From positions 1 through 64,000 of the forward strand of contig JAIXUD010000010.1 in the NCBI GenBank assembly GCA_027483645.1: DNA of 64,000 nucleotides, in the 5' to 3' direction. Made by a program: the position numbers and the translations under genes. Numbering within the stretch: position 1 is the stretch's first letter; each line of letters opens with the position of its first letter. The notes under the pieces were generated by a model, which did not search any database, was not told the origin of the DNA, and saw only the letters and a list, made by a program, of their open reading frames with translations. This DNA is from Sphingobacteriales bacterium (GTDB lineage: Bacteria; Bacteroidota; Bacteroidia; Chitinophagales; CAIOSU01). Below, piece by piece: positions 41,452 to 52,107 of this stretch.

Positions 41452-44016
41452 ATGAAGACTACGAAAGGCGTAAAAACCTACACCTACGAGGAAGCCCTTG
41501 CTGAAAGTATTATTTACTTCAGGGGCGATGAGCTAGCTGCCAATGTTTGGATCAACAAATACGCTATAAAGGACTCGTTCGGCAATATCTACGAAAAGAG
41601 CCCTGACGATATGCATCGCCGTATGGCCAGCGAAATTGCCCGCATGGAAGCCCGCTACCCAAATCCGATTACAGAGGAGGAAGTGTATGCCGTGCTGAAA
41701 GATTTTAAGTATATAGTACCGCAAGGCGGCCCTATGACCGGTATTGGCAACAACTTCCAAGTGGCATCGCTGAGCAACTGCTTTGTTATCGGCAATTATG
41801 ATAATGCGGATAGCTATGGCAACATAATGAAAACCGATGAGGAGCAGGTGCAACTGATGAAGCGCCGCGGTGGGGTAGGGCACGACCTGAGCCACATACG
41901 CCCTACTGGCAGCCCGGTAATGAATAGCGCCTTAACCAGCACCGGTGTAGTGCCGTTTATGGAGCGTTTTAGTAACAGTACCCGCGAGGTGGCACAAGAT
42001 GGCCGCCGTGGTGCGTTGATGCTATCTATATCTGTAAAGCACCCCGATGCTGAGAAGTTCATCGATGCGAAATTGGACGGTACTAAAGTTACCGGTGCCA
42101 ACGTATCGGTAAAACTTGATGATGAGTTTATGCGTGCCGTAAAAGCCGGTAGTGCTTATACCCAGCAGTTCCCGGTGGTGGGCAATAACCCACGCATCAA
42201 AACGGAGATTAACGCCAAAGCGCTTTGGGATAAGATAATTTACAACGCATGGAAGTCGGCAGAGCCAGGCATTTTGTTCTGGGATACAGTTATTCGTGAG
42301 TCGATACCGGATTGCTACGCCGATTTGGGCTTTAAAACGGTGAGCACCAACCCTTGTGGTGAAATTCCGCTTTGCCCATACGATAGCTGCCGCCTGTTGG
42401 CCATCAACCTATATAACTACGTAACCAATCCGTTTACTCCAGAGGCGAAGTTCGACTTTGAACTGTTCAAGCAACATGCACGCTTGGGCCAGCGCATCAT
42501 GGATGATATTGTTGATTTGGAGCTAGAGAAGGTAGATGCCATCATCAAGAAGATAGAGCTGGACCCTGAGCCTTTCGAACTGAAACGTACCGAGCACGAG
42601 CTTTGGCAGAAGATACGCCGCAAGTGTATCGAAGGCCGCCGCACCGGTGTGGGCATTACTGCCGAAGGCGATATGATGGCCGCTTTGGGCATCCGCTACG
42701 GTTCTGAGGAATCGATTGTTTTTGCAGGGGAGGTTCAAAAGACCTTGGCTCTAGAGGCTTACCGCGCCAGCGTGGAGATGGCCCGCGAGCGTGGCAAATT
42801 CCCGATTTTCGATGCCGAGCGCGAGAAGAAAAATCCGTTTGTAAACCGTATTAAAGAAGCCGACCCAGCCCTATATAAAGATATGGTGAAGTACGGCCGC
42901 CGCAACATAGCGTTGTTGACCATTGCACCAACCGGCACCACCAGCCTAATGACGCAAACTACCAGTGGCGTGGAGCCTGCCTTTATGGTAAGCTACAAGC
43001 GCCGCCGCAAGGTAAACCCTAACGACCAGCAGAGCCGTGTAGACTTTGTAGATGGCGTAGGCGATAGCTGGGAAGAATACCACGTGTTCCACCACAAGTT
43101 TACCACTTGGTTGGAGACACAAGGCTACAGCCCTGAAGAGGTTGCCACTTGGGATACCGAAAAGCTGAACAGCATTATCGCTACATCGCCGTACCATGGC
43201 GCTACGGCCAATGATGTGGATTGGGTAATGAAAGTGAAACTGCAAGGTGCTATTCAGAAATGGGTTGACCACTCGATAAGCGTAACGGTAAACATACCGA
43301 ATGAAACTACCGAGGATATGGTGAGCCAAATATACATGACCGGCTGGGAGAGCGGTTGCAAAGGTATCACCGTATATCGCGATGGTAGCCGCAGTGGTGT
43401 ATTGCTGGCCGACGACAAAAAAGAGAAGAAGGAAGCGGTAGCCGAAAAAGGCCACAACGAGTTTGTAGAAACCGAAGCCCCAGTGCGCCCGCACAAATTG
43501 GAAGCCGATTTGATCCGCTTTAACAACAACAACGAGAAGTGGGTTGCCGTGGTAGGTTTGTATAAAGGCCGCCCTTATGAAATCTTTACCGGCCGTGCGG
43601 AGGATTCTTTCCTTACGCCAAGCTATGTAAACCAAGGGTGGGTTTTGCGCAACATTGACGAAGACGGCAAAACCCGTTATGACTTCCAGTTTCAAGACCG
43701 CGATGGCTACAAAGTAACCATTGAAGGTCTAAGCCGCTCGTTTACCAAAGAATACTGGAACTATGCCAAGTTGATAAGCGGCGTATTGCGCCACGGCATG
43801 CCGATACAATTTGCGGTGGACATTATCGAAAACCTGCACTTTGATGGCAGCGACCTAAACACGTGGAAAGCTGGTGTGGCCCGTGCGTTGAAGAAATTTA
43901 TACCCGATGGCACCCTGCCAGCCGAACGCCAGTGCAGCAACTGCGGCGACAACTCGTTGGTATACGAAGAAGGTTGCTTGAATTGCAAAAGCTGTGGGCA
44001 TAGCAAGTGCGGCTAG
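41452..44016 (+). CDS. nrdJ: Class II (adenosylcobalamin-dependent) ribonucleotide reductase
   Basis: Conserved RNR catalytic core (NPCGEIPL, thiyl-radical Cys region) and a C-terminal zinc ribbon CSNCGD...CLNCKSCGH. Start chosen at the internal ATG; 41317 and 41398 are alternatives. Confidence 0.85.
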   Translation: MKTTKGVKTYTYEEALAESIIYFRGDELAANVWINKYAIKDSFGNIYEKSPDDMHRRMASEIARMEARYPNPITEEEVYAVLKDFKYIVPQGGPMTGIGNNFQVASLSNCFVIGNYDNADSYGNIMKTDEEQVQLMKRRGGVGHDLSHIRPTGSPVMNSALTSTGVVPFMERFSNSTREVAQDGRRGALMLSISVKHPDAEKFIDAKLDGTKVTGANVSVKLDDEFMRAVKAGSAYTQQFPVVGNNPRIKTEINAKALWDKIIYNAWKSAEPGILFWDTVIRESIPDCYADLGFKTVSTNPCGEIPLCPYDSCRLLAINLYNYVTNPFTPEAKFDFELFKQHARLGQRIMDDIVDLELEKVDAIIKKIELDPEPFELKRTEHELWQKIRRKCIEGRRTGVGITAEGDMMAALGIRYGSEESIVFAGEVQKTLALEAYRASVEMARERGKFPIFDAEREKKNPFVNRIKEADPALYKDMVKYGRRNIALLTIAPTGTTSLMTQTTSGVEPAFMVSYKRRRKVNPNDQQSRVDFVDGVGDSWEEYHVFHHKFTTWLETQGYSPEEVATWDTEKLNSIIATSPYHGATANDVDWVMKVKLQGAIQKWVDHSISVTVNIPNETTEDMVSQIYMTGWESGCKGITVYRDGSRSGVLLADDKKEKKEAVAEKGHNEFVETEAPVRPHKLEADLIRFNNNNEKWVAVVGLYKGRPYEIFTGRAEDSFLTPSYVNQGWVLRNIDEDGKTRYDFQFQDRDGYKVTIEGLSRSFTKEYWNYAKLISGVLRHGMPIQFAVDIIENLHFDGSDLNTWKAGVARALKKFIPDGTLPAERQCSNCGDNSLVYEEGCLNCKSCGHSKCG

Positions 44017-44137
44017 ATTTGCACTTCGACGGAGTTTATCCTGAGCGATAGCCGAAGGGCTCAGTGTGACATCTATGCGTCAGATTAAAGGGATTTATTG
44101 GATTAAAATTTGAGTTTTGAAATTTGCAAAGCCTTCC

Positions 44138-44176
44138 CCGCCAGGAGGGCTTTGTTTGTTTTAGCCTGACGATAGT
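44138..44176 (+). terminator. Rho-independent terminator after nrdJ
   Basis: aagccttcccc-gccagg-agggcttt hairpin followed by gtttgtttt. Confidence 0.55.
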
Positions 44177-44286
44177 AGTCGGAAGATTCGTAATGGTTTT
44201 ACAACAAAACGAAAATAATTCAATCCAACAAATCCATAAATCTCACGAACAATCTCACGCGCAGCGTAATCCGAATTCAGATAATC

Positions 44287-45681
44287 TTATTCAGCTAAAG
44301 GCGCATCATTCAGGGTAACCATGGTAGGCTCTGGCTCTTCGAAATCATCTTCCCACCAGGCGATTACGTAGGTAGCTAGGCAGTTGCCGATAACGTTTAC
44401 TGAAGTGCGGGCCATATCCATCAACTCATCGATAGCCAGTATCAAGAAGATAGGCTCAATGGGCAGGCCAAACTGCACGGCTGTGCCCAGCAAGATGATT
44501 AGCGACGCCCGTGGGACTCCTGCAACGCCCTTACTAGTAAGCATCAGGGTAAATACGATTAATAGCTGTTGACCGATGCTGAGGTCGATACCAGCAACGT
44601 TGGCCACAAATATGGTGGCAAGGCTAAGGTATAGCGTAGTACCATCCAAGTTGAAACTATAGCCCATGGGCATTACAAAGGCCACTATGCGCTTGGGCAC
44701 CTTCATGCTCACCATGGCTTCCATTGCCTTGGGCAGGGCCGCTTCGCTACTGGTGGTGGCGAAAGCGATGGAAACCGGCTCGGCCATTACTTTGATGAAT
44801 TGAATGATAGGCATTCGTACCACCAAAGCAACAATGAGCAATAGACCTAAAAATACCAGCAAAGCACCATACAACGTAAACAGGAGTTTGAATAGCGGCT
44901 GCAGCACACCTATACCCATATGCCCGACCGTTACGGCCATAGCCGCGCCAATGGCAAACGGTGCAAAGTACATCACCACATTTGTAAACTTAAACATGGT
45001 TTCCGAAAGGCTCTCGGCGAAGTTGAGCAATGGCTGGCGCTTCTGCGTTTCCTTTACCAGCGCCAGGCCAATACCAAAAAGCACACTAAATATCACTATC
45101 TGCAATACCTGCCCCTCGGCAATCGATTTGGCAATGTTCTCAGGGAAGGAATGCAGTATAATCTGCTCCCAGGTTTGGGGCTCGGCTGCGGGTAGTTCTT
45201 CTTGTGCCAAGCCAGCTACGCTAAGCCCTTTGCCTGCTCCCGTAAAGTTGATGGCTGCAAGCCCAATAAACAAGGCAATGGTGGTAACCACCTCAAAGTA
45301 CAACAACGATTTCCAAGCCATACGCCCTACCTGCTTTAGGTTGCTGTGGCCAGCAATGCCCACTACCAGCGTACCGAAAATGAGCGGGGCAATAATGGTT
45401 TTGATAAGCTTGAGGAAGATTTTGCTGATAACCTTAAGGTTCTGTGAAAACGCTGGGAAATCATGACCTACTTCGGCACCAAGTACCATGCTCAACAATA
45501 TCCAAGTTGTGAGGCTTTTGCGTCGGAAAGCAAACACAATCAATACTACTATTGACAACCAACGCAGCACCGTAAGTGCGCTGGCAGAAATGGCTACCTC
45601 GCCAGTCTCATTCAAAAAAGTAAGTAAGCTGGTAATGGCTAATGCCCCAAGCCCGGCTATCACCAGATATGAATTTTTCAT
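44287..45681 (-). CDS. Dicarboxylate/amino acid:cation symporter (DAACS, GltP-like)
   Basis: 464 aa with DAACS-like hairpin regions; the family call is from overall resemblance. Confidence 0.8.
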   Translation of the reverse strand: MKNSYLVIAGLGALAITSLLTFLNETGEVAISASALTVLRWLSIVVLIVFAFRRKSLTTWILLSMVLGAEVGHDFPAFSQNLKVISKIFLKLIKTIIAPLIFGTLVVGIAGHSNLKQVGRMAWKSLLYFEVVTTIALFIGLAAINFTGAGKGLSVAGLAQEELPAAEPQTWEQIILHSFPENIAKSIAEGQVLQIVIFSVLFGIGLALVKETQKRQPLLNFAESLSETMFKFTNVVMYFAPFAIGAAMAVTVGHMGIGVLQPLFKLLFTLYGALLVFLGLLLIVALVVRMPIIQFIKVMAEPVSIAFATTSSEAALPKAMEAMVSMKVPKRIVAFVMPMGYSFNLDGTTLYLSLATIFVANVAGIDLSIGQQLLIVFTLMLTSKGVAGVPRASLIILLGTAVQFGLPIEPIFLILAIDELMDMARTSVNVIGNCLATYVIAWWEDDFEEPEPTMVTLNDAPLAE

Positions 45682-45746
45682 AGGCTGTAAAAATGGGAAA
45701 TTTTTTCTGGACCACAGACCACGGACAACAGACGACGGTGAAAAAG

Positions 45747-46628
45747 TTAACTCGCTTTTGGATTATCCTTAAATCTTCTATGCCCCCACCATACTATACC
45801 GCCTACCGTGGCATACATTATCAAGCTATATACGGCTGCTGGAAATGCATATCCGTTTTCGCCCAGCCCACCGTCACCCAAGGTGCTAGCAACCGCCATG
45901 GCCAAAGTTGTATTGATGATACCCGTTTCAACAGCAATGGTTACCGCTTGTTTCTCATTTATTTTGAACAACAGCGGTATGCCATACCCGATACCTAAGG
46001 CAATGACGTTCATTAGCAGGCACAACGGACCCGCTTTGGCAATAAGGGCACCCAGGTGCTCCTGGTTTTGAATGACTATGCCAATGATGATAACGATAAG
46101 CAGCACCGCCGAAACAATGCGAACGGGCTTGTCGGCTTTGGCCGCTATTGCTGGTTGGTACCTTTTAACAAGCATACCAAGCGAAACAGGGAAAATAGTA
46201 ATGGCAATAATCATTAAGATGGTTTTGCCAACCGGCAATTGTGCTACGGTTGCATTTACGCCTAGGTTCTTAAGGGCCAGCTCAGTAAACAACGGTATGG
46301 TAAGCACCGTTATAAAACTTGCTACAGCGGTAAGGGTAACCGAAAGCGCCACATCGCCCCGGCACAAGCCGGTGATAATATTGCTGGTTGCGCCGCCTGG
46401 GCACGCCGCAAGCAATATAAACCCTACGGCCAGCTCAATGGGCTGGTTGGGCCAAACCAACAGGATGCCAAACATAATGAAGGGCAATACCAGCACTTTC
46501 AATGATAGGCCAACAGCTACAGCCTTGGGATACAGCAGCACCCTGCGGAAATCATTCCATACCAAATCGAGGCCCATACCTATCATAATAATGAATAGTG
46601 CCCCAGCCAAAAACAATTCTGCGGTCAT
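45747..46628 (-). CDS. Bile acid:sodium symporter (BASS) family transporter
   Basis: 293 aa, about 9 TM helices, BASS-like motifs. Confidence 0.7.
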   Translation of the reverse strand: MTAELFLAGALFIIMIGMGLDLVWNDFRRVLLYPKAVAVGLSLKVLVLPFIMFGILLVWPNQPIELAVGFILLAACPGGATSNIITGLCRGDVALSVTLTAVASFITVLTIPLFTELALKNLGVNATVAQLPVGKTILMIIAITIFPVSLGMLVKRYQPAIAAKADKPVRIVSAVLLIVIIIGIVIQNQEHLGALIAKAGPLCLLMNVIALGIGYGIPLLFKINEKQAVTIAVETGIINTTLAMAVASTLGDGGLGENGYAFPAAVYSLIMYATVGGIVWWGHRRFKDNPKAS

Positions 46629-46852
46629 AGTGCGAGTGGTGTATAAGGCTAATATATGGATTTTGGGGCAGTGATAGTTTTGTACTGCTATATTCCAGTA
46701 AAATTGATTCGGTTCATGCTCATAGCTCTACAACTATTATCTAACCTAAGTCAATTAATTTTTCGGTTGTTGTTGTCCAATCCTAATTTATTTCTAATTT
46801 TAGAAGCAACACAACACCGCTACTTTAAATTAACCAACCTAACCTGCTAACT

Positions 46853-49789
46853 ATGAGGAACCTGCTAGCCCTCTGCCTGTTACTTTTGCCTATCCTTATG
46901 TTTGCCCAAGAACGAACCGTGCAGGGCACGGTGAAGGGTGGCGATAACCGCGAAACCCTGCCACAGGTAACTGTGGTGATAAAGGGCACTACCACCGGCA
47001 CCGTTACCGACTTGGATGGAAACTATACCCTAACCGTGCCCGAAGGTGTAGATGTTATTGTTTTTAGCTACCTAGGCTATGAAGAGCAAGAGGTAAACCT
47101 AAGCTCTTACACCGGCAACCCAATTACCATTAACATTTCGCTGAAGACGGTAAACGTTGGCCTAAATACGGTGGTGGTGAGCGCATCCAAAAACCCCGAG
47201 AAGGTATTGGATGCCCCTGCATCGGTAACCGTTATCGGTATGGATAGGATCCAGTCTCAAGCACCACTTACGGTGGCTGACAATTTGAAGACTACGCCAG
47301 GGGTTGATATATTAACCACTGGCTTGATTTCAAACAACGTAAACGTTCGTGGTTTCAACAACATCTTTTCTGGTGCCGTGCTCACGATTGTTGACTATCG
47401 CTTTGCTGCTGTGCCTTCGCTCAGGGTAAATGCGTTACAGCTTATACCAAATAATACCTTCGATATGGAGCGTATTGAGGTGGTGCGTGGCCCCGGTTCG
47501 GCATTATACGGGCCTAATGCAGCCAATGGCGTACTTGCCATATTTACACGCTCGCCGCTAGATATGCCTACCCGGTATGAAACCACAGTGGCCATGTCGG
47601 TAGGTTTAGCTGGTGGCAACCCATTGTTTAAGCCTGAGTTTCGGCATGCGGGAAAAAGTAAGAACAACAAATTCGGTTATAAGATATCGGGCTCATACTT
47701 ACAGGGCACCGATTTTAAATATTACGACCCCCGTGAGCCGCAAATTGGTGACTCTATTTTATTTGGCAACGTGAGCTACGGCCGCCCCTTTGTAGAAGAT
47801 ACCACCATCCCTCGTACAACCTTCGATAGGGATTTTAACTTGCAGAATTACTCAACCGATGTTAGATTGGATTACCGCTTGAACAAGAACACCGAGTTTA
47901 TTGTAAACGGAGGTTTTGCTACTCTTAATAACTTAGAGCTTACCGGCTTAGGTGCTGGCCAGTGCAGAAACTGGCGCTATTACTACGCTCAGGCGCGTTT
48001 CCGTTACAAGCAATTGTTTGTGCAGTACTTTGTGAATGTGAGTGATGCGGGAGATACCTACCTAATACCGCAAGTAGGCGCCGATGCCTCGCCTCCACAT
48101 CAGTTTCAGTTGCTGGTGGACAAAAGTAAGCAGCATGTAGCACAGGTGCAGCATGTATGGAAGCCCATTAGCCAGTTGAACTTTATTTACGGTATTGATG
48201 CAATTTTTACCCTTCCTGAAACCGAAGGTACTATTAACGGCCGATTTGAGGGGGATGACAACATTTTTCAAGGGGGCGTATACTTGCAAGGCGAGTACCA
48301 AGCGCATGAGAAGCTGAAGTTTGTGGCGGCATTGCGTGGCGATTACCATGACCGCATAAACAATGTGTTCTTTTCGCCAAAGGCGGCTGTCGTGTTTAAG
48401 CCAAACCCAAGAAACAACATCCGCTTTACCTACAACCGTGCCTTTAGCTCACCCAGCACCCTCAACCTGTTTTTGGATCTTTCAAACGGCCTAATACCTA
48501 ACGGCATCAACATACGTGGTATTGGTAATACCGATGGCTACAGTTATAGGTATAGTGATATAGATGGGCGAGCACAGTTTAGGAGCTCATTTAACTTTAC
48601 TAATGGCGTAAACACTGCTGGTTGGCAAGATGTAGGCGACCGATCTAACAACTACCGCTACTTTGATGAGATAACTACTGTAATTGCAGATGGCTTGGCC
48701 TCCTCAAGAGGGCTGCCTATGCAAACGGTTACTGATTTGGTTACCGCACTTACTGCTGGTATTGCCGGCCCAACTGGTACCATCCAAAATGTTGGCCACA
48801 CCACAGTTGATTATGTAAAACTTGCCAGTGGCGCTACCATTGCCGAAAGCGCTTACGATATAAGTGGCTTCTCAGACCGAAAGGGCATTGATAACCAAAT
48901 TACCCAAACTTATGAGATAGGTTATAAAGGTATATTGGGCGATAAATTCTTTTTAACTGCCGATGCATACATTACCCAAGTAAAAGATTATGTGAGCCCA
49001 CTTACCTTGGCCTCTGCGAGCGTATTGTTTAATCCTACCGATTTATTCGGCGTACTGGGCGGGCCTGCACCTGGTGGGCAGTTGTATGACAATATTGAGA
49101 ATACGGGCGCTAAAGGTTTATTGGTGGCTTTGTTAGATAACGACCCTTCTTTTCAAGATGCCTCAGGCGCTATACCATCTATTAGTGGTGAAGTGTGGGA
49201 CGAGATTGCCGTGATACTGATGGGCGCAAGCCGCCAAATACCCATTGGCAGTGTAACCCCTGATGACGAGTTTGTGGGCAGCGATGTGATATTGACTTAC
49301 GCAAACCTTGGAGATTTCACAGTAGGCGGTTTCGATTTGTCGGGTACATACATGCCGATACCGAACCTTTCAATCACCGCCAACTATTCTTTTGTAAATA
49401 GGGACCGTATACCGCTGGCCGGTGCGCAAGAGGGCTACGTAGGCTTGAACGCCCCTAAGCACAAAACTGCCGTATCTGTAGAGTACGCACATGCTAAAAG
49501 CCGCCTTACTACCCGTGCTACTTGGCGCTGGCAAGATGGGTTCCCGGCCAACTCTGCAGTATATGTAGGAGATGTAAAAGCTGCCAACTTGGTTGACCTG
49601 AACGTAAACTATAAAGTACATGGCTTGGAAGGCCTCACCCTAACGGTGGACGTGAACAATATATTCAACTACCAGTTCCAACGTTTCCCGGGTACGCCGA
49701 AAATTGGTACCATCTTGATTGGTAAAGTAGCGTATACCTTTACCGAGAATACTTTCAAGAAGAAAACATCTACAGGAAGCGAGTTTTAA
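46853..49789 (+). CDS. TonB-dependent receptor (SusC/RagA-like, with carboxypeptidase-regulatory-like N-domain)
   Basis: Signal peptide; N-terminal VTVVIKGTTTGTVTDLDGNYTL domain; plug; 22-strand barrel; C-terminal aromatic residue. Confidence 0.85.
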   Translation: MRNLLALCLLLLPILMFAQERTVQGTVKGGDNRETLPQVTVVIKGTTTGTVTDLDGNYTLTVPEGVDVIVFSYLGYEEQEVNLSSYTGNPITINISLKTVNVGLNTVVVSASKNPEKVLDAPASVTVIGMDRIQSQAPLTVADNLKTTPGVDILTTGLISNNVNVRGFNNIFSGAVLTIVDYRFAAVPSLRVNALQLIPNNTFDMERIEVVRGPGSALYGPNAANGVLAIFTRSPLDMPTRYETTVAMSVGLAGGNPLFKPEFRHAGKSKNNKFGYKISGSYLQGTDFKYYDPREPQIGDSILFGNVSYGRPFVEDTTIPRTTFDRDFNLQNYSTDVRLDYRLNKNTEFIVNGGFATLNNLELTGLGAGQCRNWRYYYAQARFRYKQLFVQYFVNVSDAGDTYLIPQVGADASPPHQFQLLVDKSKQHVAQVQHVWKPISQLNFIYGIDAIFTLPETEGTINGRFEGDDNIFQGGVYLQGEYQAHEKLKFVAALRGDYHDRINNVFFSPKAAVVFKPNPRNNIRFTYNRAFSSPSTLNLFLDLSNGLIPNGINIRGIGNTDGYSYRYSDIDGRAQFRSSFNFTNGVNTAGWQDVGDRSNNYRYFDEITTVIADGLASSRGLPMQTVTDLVTALTAGIAGPTGTIQNVGHTTVDYVKLASGATIAESAYDISGFSDRKGIDNQITQTYEIGYKGILGDKFFLTADAYITQVKDYVSPLTLASASVLFNPTDLFGVLGGPAPGGQLYDNIENTGAKGLLVALLDNDPSFQDASGAIPSISGEVWDEIAVILMGASRQIPIGSVTPDDEFVGSDVILTYANLGDFTVGGFDLSGTYMPIPNLSITANYSFVNRDRIPLAGAQEGYVGLNAPKHKTAVSVEYAHAKSRLTTRATWRWQDGFPANSAVYVGDVKAANLVDLNVNYKVHGLEGLTLTVDVNNIFNYQFQRFPGTPKIGTILIGKVAYTFTENTFKKKTSTGSEF

Positions 49790-49850
49790 GAATTTTTCTA
49801 GTAGATAAGATACAACGGCGGCTAGGGTTTCCTAGCCGCCGTTTTTATAT

Positions 49851-50897
49851 TTACGAAATACCTACAGTGCCCAACATCACATCCATATGTTGCTCTAGTG
49901 TCATTCCCTTTTGCAGTAAAATGTCTTCGGGTATGGAGAATGGATGGCTTAGTGCCTTTTCGATGGCTTTAGCCCATAGCTCGGGCTGCAAATGGGGCAC
50001 AACCAAACCCAGTAGGGTGTTGAGTATTTCCTTAGCGCCAGTTTTATCGCTTACCAGCACTGGGCAGCCACAAGCCAAAGCCTCGGCCACCGCTTGGCCG
50101 AAGGGTTCGTATACTGCCGGGTGCACCAGCAGGTCGGCGGCCCAATAAAGCTTCTTCATATTGGTATGGAAGCCCAGCGATACCACGTTATCTGGTAAGT
50201 TGTGTTGCGGGGTGCCCGCAATAGCTAGTTGTATAGGTTGGCGCTGCAGTTGTTGCATCACCTGTAGCATTAGCGGCAAGCCCTTGCGGTTGTGGCTGGT
50301 GCTTACCAGTAGCAAGGTTTTTTTATCGGGGTCGAGGCCCAATTCACGCTTTAGTGTGCTTTTACTTTGTATGGCATTGGGGTTAAAGTCAAAAGGGTTG
50401 ATAGGGGGGTAAAGCGTGTGTACCTTATTACCATCGATATTATACAAGTCTATCACTTCCTGCCTTACCATTTCGGAGCAGGCAAAAATGTGCGGTGTGC
50501 TGTAGAATGCCTTTTGGTCAAGCTTATTGGTCATCCAATCAATTGGGCTATTTAAACGCTTGTTGAGGGTTTGCAAATAACCTTTGTGTGTATTGGGCGC
50601 GATCAATACTTTTTGACTACTAGTGCGGGCTAAGGAGAGCGAGAAATCGAACTTAGTGGTTTGCATCAACTCTTCAACCTTGTTGGCAAACACCCACGGC
50701 CGTAAAGGCTTTGGGGTGGAGCTTACGTCAATTTTCATAATGTCCACCTCCTTAGGTATCTCAATACCCAAAGCAATTTTGGAGGTAATTACCATCACCT
50801 TATCCCCTCGCTTAATGAAGTAGCGCATGTAGTTGTACAGGCGTGTTTCCAAGCCACCCTTTAGGCCAAGGTTCATGTGTATGAGTGCTACCCTCAT
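49851..50897 (-). CDS. Glycosyltransferase family 4 (GT-B)
   Basis: C-terminal E-x7-E region (VYEPFGQAVAEALACGCPVLVSD). Start at the internal Met, overlapping the upstream gene's stop as ATGA. Confidence 0.75.
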   Translation of the reverse strand: MRVALIHMNLGLKGGLETRLYNYMRYFIKRGDKVMVITSKIALGIEIPKEVDIMKIDVSSTPKPLRPWVFANKVEELMQTTKFDFSLSLARTSSQKVLIAPNTHKGYLQTLNKRLNSPIDWMTNKLDQKAFYSTPHIFACSEMVRQEVIDLYNIDGNKVHTLYPPINPFDFNPNAIQSKSTLKRELGLDPDKKTLLLVSTSHNRKGLPLMLQVMQQLQRQPIQLAIAGTPQHNLPDNVVSLGFHTNMKKLYWAADLLVHPAVYEPFGQAVAEALACGCPVLVSDKTGAKEILNTLLGLVVPHLQPELWAKAIEKALSHPFSIPEDILLQKGMTLEQHMDVMLGTVGIS

Positions 50898-51634
50898 GCT
50901 GGTATAAAGTGTATGTCGGTATCCTGTAAGGTTTGCAGGCCTTTGTATCGTAATATTAAGCGTGCCGCGGTGGCCACATCTTTTTCGCAATAGATGCGGA
51001 TACGGTCCAGGTTATCTTCTTGCCAGAATACCCTTGCCACATCGCTGCCGTCAATATCATCCTTCGGGGTAGGAATATCAAAAATGGCTGCCAGTAGCTT
51101 TAACGAGGTATAGCTCTTGTAGTCGCCAAACTTCCAGTGTTGCAGTGTATCAAAGTTTTTTACTTCCCACGGCTTGCGGCCAGCTAGGTCTAGGATGCCG
51201 GGCAATTCAATACCATGCACCAACATACGGCGGCAGCAGTACGGTATATCAAACTCGCAGATGTTGTGGCCCGCGAAGTAATGCGTACCCACTTGGTTGA
51301 AATGCTTATTGAGCATGTCGGAAAACGATTGGAGCAAGGCTTTCTCGTCCCTATCGGCAAATGAGCGAATACGCAGGCTGTGCCGACCCGTGTCAGGATC
51401 CTTCTTAAAGTACCCTGCCGATATGCAGATAACCTTACCAAACTCCCCGAAGATACCCGCCCAAGTTGCATAGCTTTCGGCTACGGTTACTTGATTTTGT
51501 AGGTAGCCCATTTTAGTTGCTTTGTGCTCCCAAAGCTCCTGCATGGCAGGGGAGAGGTCTTCAAAGTGTTTTACGCCCGGTGCGGTTTCAATATCGAATA
51601 CCAAGGCATGGTCAAGTATTACATGGTCTAGCAT
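50894..51634 (-). CDS. DnaQ-like 3'-5' exonuclease (DEDD family)
   Basis: LVFDIETAPG Exo I motif and downstream YCEKDV Exo III-like segment; 246 aa. Confidence 0.7.
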   Translation of the reverse strand: MLDHVILDHALVFDIETAPGVKHFEDLSPAMQELWEHKATKMGYLQNQVTVAESYATWAGIFGEFGKVICISAGYFKKDPDTGRHSLRIRSFADRDEKALLQSFSDMLNKHFNQVGTHYFAGHNICEFDIPYCCRRMLVHGIELPGILDLAGRKPWEVKNFDTLQHWKFGDYKSYTSLKLLAAIFDIPTPKDDIDGSDVARVFWQEDNLDRIRIYCEKDVATAARLILRYKGLQTLQDTDIHFIPA

Positions 51635-51765
51635 AGTGGCGGTAAAATTACATAAAACCTAGACACAAGACACGAGGCAGGAGATTCAAAACGCCCCATG
51701 CCTTTATTTGCACAATGGTTGATTTAATCCATTTGAATAAGGGAATAAAGTAACCAATCAAATCC

Positions 51766-51990
51766 TCAATCCAGCGAACAACTAAACACTTCAGCGCCTG
51801 GGTCTATTTGGTTCAGTTCATCTTCTCGTTGGCTGCAAAGGTCGCGGGCAATATCCTCGCTGGCGTATTGGGTATCGCTTTCCACAATCTGCCCGGCTAT
51901 GTTTCGGCACTCGCAGCGGTGTTCCACTACCTTATTGCAACCCACCATACCTAGGGTTACTATTGCTATTGCTATTATGATAATTCTCAT
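51766..51990 (-). CDS. Small hypothetical lipoprotein
   Basis: MRIIIIAIAIVTLGMVGC lipobox, followed by a Cys-rich segment (HRCECRN…CSQ…CS). Confidence 0.4.
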   Translation of the reverse strand: MRIIIIAIAIVTLGMVGCNKVVEHRCECRNIAGQIVESDTQYASEDIARDLCSQREDELNQIDPGAEVFSCSLD

Positions 51991-52107
51991 GGCATCAGGT
52001 TTTATATAGCGGGGCAAAGTATGTGCCATCACTTTAATCGGTACAAAGGCATTACTTATTATCTTTCTGCTTATTATTGCCTTCTCGAATATTTTAACAA
52101 TAAACCT